The notes beneath the pieces were generated by a model that saw only the letters and a program-made list of their open reading frames with translations, did not search any database and was not told where the DNA came from. This document shows, piece after piece, positions 1-7,281 of a stretch of 33,254 nucleotides of DNA. The stretch comes from Candidatus Hadarchaeales archaeon. Lineage in GTDB: Archaea; Hadarchaeota; Hadarchaeia; Hadarchaeales; Hadarchaeaceae. The stretch is taken from NCBI GenBank assembly GCA_038872135.1, contig JAVZGN010000012.1, forward strand, positions 1 to 33,254, written 5' to 3'. Within the stretch, counting starts at the first letter, position 1. Each line of letters starts with the position of its first letter. The position numbers were made by a program, and so were the translations under genes.

Positions 1-2
1 TC

Positions 3-908
3 GGTTTAGATGATCTGGATGATGGTGCAACAGTCGATGTGGGTGGCCAACAGGTTGTGTTTACCACAGACGCCCACACAGTAAAACCCATCTTCTTTCC
101 GGGCGGGGATATCGGAAAGCTCTCTGTCTGCGGAACTGTGAATGACCTAGCCGTGATGGGAGCCCGTCCCCTCGCCATCTCCTCGGCGGTTGTAGTTGAG
201 GAGGGTTTCTTGGTAGAGGATTTTAGAAAGATATGCCGTTCCATGGCTACCGTGTGTTCGGAGATCGGCTTGCCATTGGTCACGGGGGACTTTAAAGTCA
301 TGGAAAAAGGGGCATTGGACAGCATAGTGATAACTACGACTGGACTTGGGCTGGCAAAAGAGGTTAAAACCGACAGCATGCTGAAGCCAGGACAGAAAAT
401 CATACTCACAGGAACAATTGGAGACCACGGGGCAACTCTTCTCGCCGTCCGTCATGGTTTTGACATAGAAAAAGAGCTTTGCTCCGATGTGGCCCCCATT
501 TGGGAAACTATTGAAGCCGCCATGCAGGCCGGAGAAGTTTCTGCAATGAAAGATCCAACAAGGGGAGGTTTTGCCGGGGCTTTAAATGAAATGGCATCAA
601 AATCGGATGTTGGAATAGTGGTCTGGGAAGACAGGATTCCCATTCTAGAACCAGTTTCGGCATTATGCGAAACCCTCGGAATCGACCCGCTCTATCTGGT
701 GAATGAGGGGAAAGCCATAATCGGAGTGGATGAAAAAGACGCCGAATCCATCCTAGCGGCCATTCAGAAGACAAAGTATGGAAAGAACGCCGAAATAGTT
801 GGGGAGGTTTTAAAAGATTACCCTGGAAAAGTAATTTTAGAAGCTAGAAATGCTGGGCGGAGGATTCTTCAACCACCAGAGGGAGACCCCTACCCGAGGA
901 TTTGCTAG
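3..908 (+). CDS. hypE: Hydrogenase maturation carbamoyl dehydratase HypE (5' end outside window)
   Basis: The frame is open from the window edge (GLDDLDDGATV...). Motifs FTTDAHTVKPIFFPGGDIGKLSVCGTVNDLAVMGA, MKDPTRGG and NEGK are present, with the diagnostic C-terminal PRIC. Confidence 0.96.
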   Translation, partial: GLDDLDDGATVDVGGQQVVFTTDAHTVKPIFFPGGDIGKLSVCGTVNDLAVMGARPLAISSAVVVEEGFLVEDFRKICRSMATVCSEIGLPLVTGDFKVMEKGALDSIVITTTGLGLAKEVKTDSMLKPGQKIILTGTIGDHGATLLAVRHGFDIEKELCSDVAPIWETIEAAMQAGEVSAMKDPTRGGFAGALNEMASKSDVGIVVWEDRIPILEPVSALCETLGIDPLYLVNEGKAIIGVDEKDAESILAAIQKTKYGKNAEIVGEVLKDYPGKVILEARNAGRRILQPPEGDPYPRIC

Positions 909-1594
909 AGGAATTTTTTAACAATCAAGTTGTCTTTCGTGGCCCCGATTTTTTCCAGGACTTCTAGTGCCCACCCTATCTCTCCCGCCTCAGCAACTCT
1001 GTGAGCGTCGCTACCTATGCTTAGGAGGACTCCCTCTTCTAAGCACATCTGTAGAAGCTCGATGTTTGGAGCCTTGTATTTGATATTTATTTCAATCGCT
1101 ACCTTTCGTTCTGCTAACAACTTAACGAAGTTCCTTACTTCTTCAGATGGAAGATATGGGAAAAGATCTGAGTGATAAAAGAAGGGGTGAGTCAAGATAT
1201 CGGGCTTATGGGTAAGAATGCAGTTAGTTGCCCTTGCAAGGTATTCCTTAGCCATTTCGTCTAGCCGACGGGTTTTCAGCGTATGAATACCCACAATCAA
1301 GAAATCCAACTTCCGGATAATGTTGTCGTCAATATCGAGGTTACCGTCGTCTGAGGCAATGTTGGCTTCCATTCCAATCAGAAACTTGGTGTCAGTTTGG
1401 TCCTGGAGAACTCTTGCCCCACTAATCATTTCTTCTATTCGATTCTTTTTTATCCCCACCGCCAATCCAGGCCCATGATCAGAAAGACCGCCTAAAACTA
1501 CCCCCTTTTTTGTGATGGTGTCGATCATCTCTTTCTGTGTGGCAACTCCATCCGAATATGTGGTGTGCAGATGAAGGTCAAACCTAGGTAGCAT
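905..1594 (-). CDS. PHP-domain metallophosphoesterase (YcdX/HisK-like)
   Basis: PHP metal motifs DLHLHTTYSDG, SDH, GMEAN, GIH, THP, EIN and GSDAH. Start moved to ATG 1594 (MLPRFDLHLH), which lies about 25 nt downstream of a BRE/TATA element. Confidence 0.88.
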   Translation of the reverse strand: MLPRFDLHLHTTYSDGVATQKEMIDTITKKGVVLGGLSDHGPGLAVGIKKNRIEEMISGARVLQDQTDTKFLIGMEANIASDDGNLDIDDNIIRKLDFLIVGIHTLKTRRLDEMAKEYLARATNCILTHKPDILTHPFFYHSDLFPYLPSEEVRNFVKLLAERKVAIEINIKYKAPNIELLQMCLEEGVLLSIGSDAHRVAEAGEIGWALEVLEKIGATKDNLIVKKFL

Positions 1595-1613
1595 GTGTAA
1601 ATGTAGAATTGGG

Positions 1614-1630
1614 TAGATATAAGCGTTTTT
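1614..1630 (-). promoter_or_regulatory. Putative BRE/TATA promoter of the PHP gene (probably leaderless mRNA)
   Basis: The minus strand reads AAAAACG-CTTATATC about 25 nt upstream of ATG 1594. Confidence 0.55.
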
Positions 1631-1650
1631 GAGTGGGATCCTGGGGTGAG

Positions 1651-1760
1651 TTTTAACTATTTTTATCATTTTTTCACCTAAATTGTCAGAAATAGTTAAA
1701 AATAGTAAAATAGAAAACTTTATATTTAGTTAAAAATAGTATAAAATGGTTAAAATGGAA
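1651..1760. repeat. AT-rich array of roughly 10-bp-phased A4-5T(A/G)GT repeats, with inverted copies
   Basis: Exact 15-mer TAGTTAAAAATAGTA at 1693-1707 and 1727-1741. Cores at 1693, 1703, 1727, 1737 and 1747, degenerate ones at 1711 and 1756. Inverted AAAAATAGTTAAAA at 1651-1664. Confidence 0.85.
1713..1726 (+). promoter_or_regulatory. BRE/TATA promoter of the HTH-HNH / ATPase operon
   Basis: GAAAAC followed by TTTATATT (1719-1726), about 25 nt upstream of ATG 1746. Confidence 0.7.
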
Positions 1761-2456
1761 ATCGGCGAAAAAATGTATAGGATCGGTGAAGCAGCCGCGC
1801 TTTTAGGCGTCCACCAAAACACCATAAGGCGATGGGAAAAGGAAGGCAAAATTAGAGTGGTTAGAGCCCCCGGTGGCCACCGAAAAATCCCAGAAAGCGA
1901 AATCAAACGCCTTTTTGGTCCCCCATCTTTACCATCACAACCCTCAGAGCTTTCCAGAGAAGATAAATTAAAGGCTTTCATAGACTTTGTTTTTTCATAC
2001 TGTCAGGATGATCTTGAACTGATTAAAAAAGCAGTAATAATAAGAGATAATTTTACCTGTACAAAGTGTGGTTCAAAAGAGATGCTGACTATACACTATC
2101 TCGATGGCACGATGAGAAATGATCCAGAAAATCTCATCACCCTCTGCCAGAAATGTTATGATAACTTTCACGGGAAGATTTCGCCTCCACCACCATCTCC
2201 ACAGGTAATTTCCCAACCGATAAGCAAGCAAGCAGTATTAAACGCTCTTGCTCCTACTGGCATGGCGCAAAAAACCGCTTATGGCGAGCTTCTCTCAGTT
2301 GCGTTAGCGATGAGAAAGTTTGGCGTCGAGGAATTGGCTTTTAGGGCAAAAACTCCGAAAATTCTGGCCGAAAACTTTTGTAGAAGAATGCAAGAGCTGG
2401 GATATGTAAAATGTGAAAATAATATCTTTGAATTGATAGTAGAAGTGATTAAATGA
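1746..2456 (+). CDS. Multidomain DNA-binding protein: MerR-like (IS607 TnpA/BldC/Xis-type) HTH, degenerate HNH zinc finger, probable C-terminal winged helix
   Basis: N-terminal YRIGEAAALLGVHQNTIRRWEKEGKIRVVRAPGGHRKIPESEIKRL. Central RDNFTCTKCG...TIHYLDG...ENLITLCQKCYDNFH. C-terminal VEELAFRAKTP...RRMQELGYVKCENNIFEL. The domains are joined by Pro-rich linkers. The start could instead be 1755 or 1773. Confidence 0.8.
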   Translation: MVKMEIGEKMYRIGEAAALLGVHQNTIRRWEKEGKIRVVRAPGGHRKIPESEIKRLFGPPSLPSQPSELSREDKLKAFIDFVFSYCQDDLELIKKAVIIRDNFTCTKCGSKEMLTIHYLDGTMRNDPENLITLCQKCYDNFHGKISPPPPSPQVISQPISKQAVLNALAPTGMAQKTAYGELLSVALAMRKFGVEELAFRAKTPKILAENFCRRMQELGYVKCENNIFELIVEVIK

Positions 2457-3334
2457 CTCTGTGGGAAGAAAAAATCACCAGGGACCTTCAGTATGAAAAT
2501 TATCTCAAGAAATGGGGACTAAAAGAAGACCCATTCTCTCCATCTTTGCCCAGCCCAGAAGCTTTCGTCCCTATTCAGAAAGAAAATCTTGTGCGAATAA
2601 AAGAGCTGCTCGGGGAAGGAAAGACCGGACTCCTCACTGGAGAGTTGGGCATGGGAAAAACCACCATCTGTGAGTTTCTTGTCGCTGTTCTCAGGGAAGA
2701 AAATCTTCTCACAACCGATCAGAGCAGGCACATCATCCCAGTTTTTATCCACACTCCTGCCTACTCGTCTATCGAAACACTGCTAAAGGGGATTCTCCTC
2801 TCCCTCCAACTCAACAACCAAATTGAACCTCCACAGATGTTTGAAGTTTTGAGGAGATGGTATTTGGAGCACCCGGAAAAGCTGGCGCTGATTTTCGACG
2901 ACCTCCCTCAGGCTCAGGCCCCTCCGATGGCGTTCGGCGAATTTTTACGCGTTCTTTCGGATTTGCCGCAGATTTCATTGCTTTTAAACGGTGAAACAGA
3001 AAATATGCGGCGATTTCTGGATAAAAATCCGGCTTTAAAGAATAGAATTCAATTTCATGCCAGAATAAGGCCAATGACAGAAATGGAGGTAAGAGATTTG
3101 CTTATCTTTAGGTTGAAATTGGGTGGCTGTTCAGACTTTAGCCTTCTCACACCTGAAGCCATAAGGACAATTTACAGGTTTAGTGGGGGGAATCCAAGGC
3201 GGGCGCTGAAGATCGCGAGCAACTCTCTAAAGCTGGCTGCAACTTTGGATTCTCACATCACATCAAAGATCGTGAAAATGGCGAACAGAAGACCATTACT
3301 CGCGAGGCTGCTTCGGCGGGTGGAGGAATTCTGA
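2453..3334 (+). CDS. ExeA/GspA-like (AAA_22) AAA+ ATPase
   Basis: YLKKWGLKEDPF N-terminal signature, Walker A GELGMGKTT (2639-2665), Walker B LIFDD (2888-2902), arginine finger ALKNRI and sensor-2 SGGNPRRAL. ATGA overlap with the upstream gene. Confidence 0.85.
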   Translation: MTLWEEKITRDLQYENYLKKWGLKEDPFSPSLPSPEAFVPIQKENLVRIKELLGEGKTGLLTGELGMGKTTICEFLVAVLREENLLTTDQSRHIIPVFIHTPAYSSIETLLKGILLSLQLNNQIEPPQMFEVLRRWYLEHPEKLALIFDDLPQAQAPPMAFGEFLRVLSDLPQISLLLNGETENMRRFLDKNPALKNRIQFHARIRPMTEMEVRDLLIFRLKLGGCSDFSLLTPEAIRTIYRFSGGNPRRALKIASNSLKLAATLDSHITSKIVKMANRRPLLARLLRRVEEF

Positions 3335-3351
3335 GGAGAGAAATCCTTTTT

Positions 3352-3372
3352 TACTTCCAAAAAATGGAAGTA
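3352..3372. promoter_or_regulatory. Perfect inverted repeat TACTTCCA-N5-TGGAAGTA, putative operator
   Basis: 8-bp arms at 3352-3359 and 3365-3372, between a TATA-like TTTTTTA and the GGTGA ribosome-binding site of the next gene. Confidence 0.6.
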
Positions 3373-3384
3373 TGGTGAAGAGCC

Positions 3385-3780
3385 ATGAGAGATGATGTTT
3401 CTCCCGAAGTCTGGCTGAAAAAAGATCTCGTGGCCCAGAAGCTTTTGGAGATGTCCCACCTCAAAAAAGAAACACTTCTTCCGCTCATGTACTATACGAG
3501 GGAAAATGGAATAACCTTTGAAAAAATCGCCAAAAAGATGAAAATAAGACAGCCAAATGCTTGGAAAAGGTATCAAAAAGCCAAAAATGAGATTTTACGC
3601 TCTTTTTGCACTCTAAAGCTAGCTCTCCACGCTGGCGTGTTGGATGAAAAGGTCGCCGATTTGATCAAGGACGACCTCTTAGATTACCTCGGGTTGCTCA
3701 GAAATGAGGTTGATGAGAGCGAAGCAAAGTACAGGATGGAGAAGAGAATGATCGAGCTGATAAACAGGCTCAAAAAATAA
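3385..3780 (+). CDS. Small all-helical protein with sigma70-region-4-like HTH
   Basis: TFEKIAKKMKIRQPNAWKRYQKAKNEI HTH pattern. GGTGA ribosome-binding site upstream of the ATG. Confidence 0.7.
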   Translation: MRDDVSPEVWLKKDLVAQKLLEMSHLKKETLLPLMYYTRENGITFEKIAKKMKIRQPNAWKRYQKAKNEILRSFCTLKLALHAGVLDEKVADLIKDDLLDYLGLLRNEVDESEAKYRMEKRMIELINRLKK

Positions 3781-3903
3781 CTGCTCTTCCAGAGGCCTAT
3801 CAGAGGACGCATGCTCGATTACGGTAACGAAAGGGGGGTGCTCGGATAAATTGGAGTGAAAAATCCAAGAGTGGCAAGAGAATTATTGACTAGCTGAAGA
3901 TTC

Positions 3904-5028
3904 CTATATCGCCTTTTCCAGCACCTCTTCCATTTTTGTTGCTACCCTATCCCAGGAATATTTCTCTATAACATTTTTATGGCCAGCCTCGGAAAGCTTT
4001 TTCCTCAGCTTTTCATCAGATGCCATTTTTTCCAATTTTTCTTTCAGCTCTTCAACATCCCTTGGCCGGAACAGCACTCCAACCCTTCCATTTTCAGTAA
4101 CCTCTCTTAAGGCAGGTATGTCGGCGCAGAGGGTTGGAACTCCTGCAGCCATCGCCTCCACAACAGCAATGCCGAATCCTTCGACAGTCGAGGGGAGGAC
4201 AAAGATATGAGATGACTTGAGTAGCCGAATCTTTTCTTCATCGCTCACAAAACCGGTAAAAACAACCTTTTTTGAGATTCCAAGTCCCCTGGCCATTTTT
4301 TCTAGTCTTTCCCTTTCGTATCCCACCCCCACGACATAAAGCTCACAGTCAATCTTCAGCTTGGAAAATGCGAGGAGGAGATCATCGAGGTGCTTGTACT
4401 CTATGAGCCGGCCGACATAAATCACTCGCAACTTTTTTGATTTTTCTGCTTTAACACTATCGAATAGGTTAAGGTCGACTCCGTTTGGGATAACCTCGAT
4501 ATTTCCTGGAGACACACCTGCGGCGACCAATTTCTCTTTGGTTGAATTTGAAACCGCCACTATTTTTGAGTAGGGGATGGCAAGGGAGAGTTTTTCAAAC
4601 GCCATCATCGCATATCCCCCAATCCCATAGTTTGCAATCCACTCCTTTGTGAAGAAGACATCGTGGATCGTCACCACAACAGGTGAATCAAAAATCCTCG
4701 CCCCCATCCACAGAGGAGGAATGGGAAAGAAATGCTGGGGAGCATAGACATCAAATTTTCCAAGCCCGGCGGTTTTTAAAAACCCGAACCCCATAAATGA
4801 AAGTCCATCAACAAACTTCAATAGGGTGGCCTTTTTTCCAGGGGTGTATATCCTGTGGATATACATGTTTTCATGGGTTTCAAATGCCGGCAGACCCTCC
4901 ACTTTTCTTGTGATGACGTGAACTTCATGATTTTTGGCAAGCCTTTTTCCAATCTCATACATCCTTCTTTCTCCTCCGCCGGGAAGGACGGGATAGAAGA
5001 AGTCGGATCCTATAAGAATTCTCATCAT
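3904..5028 (-). CDS. Glycosyltransferase family 4 (GT-B)
   Basis: N-terminal GGGE loop, VIPNGVD, YVGRLIEYK and EGFGIAVVEAMAAG (EX7E motif). Confidence 0.93.
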   Translation of the reverse strand: MMRILIGSDFFYPVLPGGGERRMYEIGKRLAKNHEVHVITRKVEGLPAFETHENMYIHRIYTPGKKATLLKFVDGLSFMGFGFLKTAGLGKFDVYAPQHFFPIPPLWMGARIFDSPVVVTIHDVFFTKEWIANYGIGGYAMMAFEKLSLAIPYSKIVAVSNSTKEKLVAAGVSPGNIEVIPNGVDLNLFDSVKAEKSKKLRVIYVGRLIEYKHLDDLLLAFSKLKIDCELYVVGVGYERERLEKMARGLGISKKVVFTGFVSDEEKIRLLKSSHIFVLPSTVEGFGIAVVEAMAAGVPTLCADIPALREVTENGRVGVLFRPRDVEELKEKLEKMASDEKLRKKLSEAGHKNVIEKYSWDRVATKMEEVLEKAI

Positions 5029-6530
5029 TTTCCCCTCCTCATGACGTCGGTAAGGAAATATCTAAGCAACCTTGCCATCAGCCCCACATCATCAATCGAC
5101 TTTAACTGCTTAAGTCGCTTTTTCACACTTTTCAAGGACAGCTCTTTTACAAGCCTGGCAGAATAAAACTCAAAGTTTGCTCTCTTCAGCCAGTACATCA
5201 GGTCATCCTTGCTCATCGTCTTTATATCCATCGTCGGCATCAGCACTTTATAGGAGCTCCAGTCTGGTTCGCTTTCCAAATAACCTGCATCCTTTGCAAG
5301 CTCATAGAGTCTTGTTCCTGGATATGGGGTGGCGATGAAGAAACTCGCAAAATCCAGGTCGAGCCACTTCGCAAACTCTATCGACTTCCTCACAGTTTCG
5401 GGGGTTTCCCCCGGCAACCCGATGATGAAGAATCCATTGGTCCATATCCCCAGTTCATTTGCCCATCCAACTACCTTCTTCGCATGCTCGGCAGAAATCG
5501 GTTTTCCAATGACATTGTTTCTGAAGTGGGGATCCCCGTGCTCCAGTCCAAAGCACAGCCAGTAGCATCCCGAGTCCCTCATCTTCTTGAGCAGGTTTTG
5601 ATTGAGGGTGTTTATGTGGACGCCGTTGGGGGTTGCCCAGCAGACATCTAGCCCCCTCTCAATCATGCCGTCGCAGATCTTCTCCATCCTCTTTGGGTCA
5701 AGCGTGAGGTTGTCGTCTTCAAAGTGAATCTCCTCCACACGGTATTTTGTGACGAGATGCTCAAGCTCCTCGAGAACATTTTCAGGAGACCTAGGGCGCC
5801 ACGCGTACCCCCAGATGGTGTGGATGGAACAGAAGATGCATCTTCTAGGACAGCCGCGGCTGGTGATAACGCTGGTAAAGCGAGACTTCCTCTCCGCCGC
5901 CCCATGCCCACCGGCAGCTTTAAAATACTCCTCCATCGGTAAGAGATGTCTTGCGGGAAAAGGAAGGGAATCGAGATCGCGGATGAACTCTCTAGGGGGA
6001 TTCATGATAACTCTGCCCTCTCGCTTGAATGCTAGCCCTTTCACTTGACTGAAATCAGTTTGCCCCTTTTCGAGAGCCTCCACAAGCTCTAACAGCGTTA
6101 TCTCCCCCTCCCCCATCACCACAAAGTCAACATTTTTGTCAGCAAGGGTTTTTTCCGGCAACACAGTTGGGTGAGCGCCCCCAAATACAGTCTTGATTTC
6201 GCTATCTACCTCCTTCACAATTTTTGCAACTTCATGAGCGTTTGCTGCTTGGGATGAGAAGAGGCAGCTGATTCCGACGAGGTCCGGCTTCCACCCAGCT
6301 ATCCTTCTTTTTATCTCTTCTTGTGGAAGGCCAACTCTCAGGAATGTGTTACCGCCTCTTTCAACAAATGTTTGGTTTCTCCAGCCCTCTCCGACAGCGT
6401 CTAGAATCGCCACCTCCTTTCCATTTTTCTCCAAGAAGCTGGCAAGGTAGGCTATGCCGAGGGGGGCTACAACCCTCGGTTTTTCAAACGGTAAAATGGT
6501 CATGGGCGGAAAAATGAGCAGAACCCTCAC
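5025..6530 (-). CDS. Cobalamin-binding radical SAM protein (class B)
   Basis: N-terminal B12-binding domain (PLGIAYLAS, PDLVGIS, GGAHPT, VVMGEGE), SRGCPRRCIFC cluster motif and ATPYPGT. Start moved to GTG 6530, which follows a GGAGG site. Confidence 0.9.
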   Translation of the reverse strand: MRVLLIFPPMTILPFEKPRVVAPLGIAYLASFLEKNGKEVAILDAVGEGWRNQTFVERGGNTFLRVGLPQEEIKRRIAGWKPDLVGISCLFSSQAANAHEVAKIVKEVDSEIKTVFGGAHPTVLPEKTLADKNVDFVVMGEGEITLLELVEALEKGQTDFSQVKGLAFKREGRVIMNPPREFIRDLDSLPFPARHLLPMEEYFKAAGGHGAAERKSRFTSVITSRGCPRRCIFCSIHTIWGYAWRPRSPENVLEELEHLVTKYRVEEIHFEDDNLTLDPKRMEKICDGMIERGLDVCWATPNGVHINTLNQNLLKKMRDSGCYWLCFGLEHGDPHFRNNVIGKPISAEHAKKVVGWANELGIWTNGFFIIGLPGETPETVRKSIEFAKWLDLDFASFFIATPYPGTRLYELAKDAGYLESEPDWSSYKVLMPTMDIKTMSKDDLMYWLKRANFEFYSARLVKELSLKSVKKRLKQLKSIDDVGLMARLLRYFLTDVMRRGK

Positions 6531-6612
6531 TTCACATCCCTCCAGCCGTGATTCCCAAAATGATTTTTTTCGTTCATTCCACCAGAGAGAGTTCACCGGC
6601 AAGGAAAAAACG

Positions 6613-7281
6613 CTATCCCTTGGGCAAAACCGCTAACCTTAGCTTTAAAAGCTCTATCGCTATCCTCACACCGCTGAAGATGGTGGTCCCCCTAGCCCTC
6701 GAATAGGCTGTGAAGTAGCATTTCACAGGAGCCTCCTTTATCTTCAATTTTTTCATGGCAGCTTGGATGATTATCTCGGATGAAACCACATATCTGTTGC
6801 TCCTTATCTGAATTTCCTTGAGAGCCCTGGCACCAAAAGCCCTCAGTCCAGATTGCGAGTCCACGAGAGGTCCGCCGAGGAGCCTCGTGAACATGTTTAG
6901 AGCAAAATTGCCAATTCTCTTGTTGAGTGGGATTCCAATGAATTTGCGTGCACCGATAACAAGGTCTGCACCGTCCAGTTCCCCCACAACCCTTTTCACA
7001 TCTTCTGGGTCATGCTGGCCGTCAGCGTCAAATGTCACCACAACATCTGCTTTCAGTTCTTTTGCTTTTGAAATGCCGGTCCTGAGTGCGGCTCCAAGCC
7101 CCATGTTTTCTTTGTGAGAAATAACTACAGCTTTTTTAGATTTTGCAATCTCTGCTGTGCGGTCTTTCGAACCATCATCGACTACAATTATGTTTTTCCA
7201 CCCATTTCTGTGTAGCCCGTCTATCACGCCTCCAATCATCTTCTCCTCATTGTAGGCAGGAATGACGATCCACACATTCAT
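6613..7281 (-). CDS. Glycosyltransferase family 2 (DPM1/polyprenol-phosphate glycosyltransferase-like)
   Basis: IVIPAYNEE, VVDDGSKD, DADGQH and DSQSGLRA motifs. Confidence 0.93.
   Translation of the reverse strand: MNVWIVIPAYNEEKMIGGVIDGLHRNGWKNIIVVDDGSKDRTAEIAKSKKAVVISHKENMGLGAALRTGISKAKELKADVVVTFDADGQHDPEDVKRVVGELDGADLVIGARKFIGIPLNKRIGNFALNMFTRLLGGPLVDSQSGLRAFGARALKEIQIRSNRYVVSSEIIIQAAMKKLKIKEAPVKCYFTAYSRARGTTIFSGVRIAIELLKLRLAVLPKG

Noticed and set aside
905-908. Overlapping convergent stop codons (CTAG); similarly TGATCA at 33136-33141
   Set aside because: This is an ordinary consequence of genome compaction, with no sign of additional function.
1651-1760. CRISPR array
   Set aside because: The units are 10-15 bp and nearly contiguous, without unique spacers of CRISPR length. 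No cas genes are in the window.
1746-2456. IS607-family transposase (TnpA) or an IS element
   Set aside because: Only the N-terminal HTH matches. There is no serine-recombinase catalytic domain (no YARVS motif), no tnpB, and no element ends that I can identify.
2453-3334. Type II secretion component ExeA, or Orc1/Cdc6 initiator
   Set aside because: No secretion or pilus genes are nearby and there is no peptidoglycan-binding or TM extension. It also lacks the C-terminal winged-helix domain of Orc1/Cdc6.
3851-3868. TTGGA-N8-TCCAA hairpin as a terminator
   Set aside because: The stem is only 5 bp with no T-tract, which is within chance expectation.
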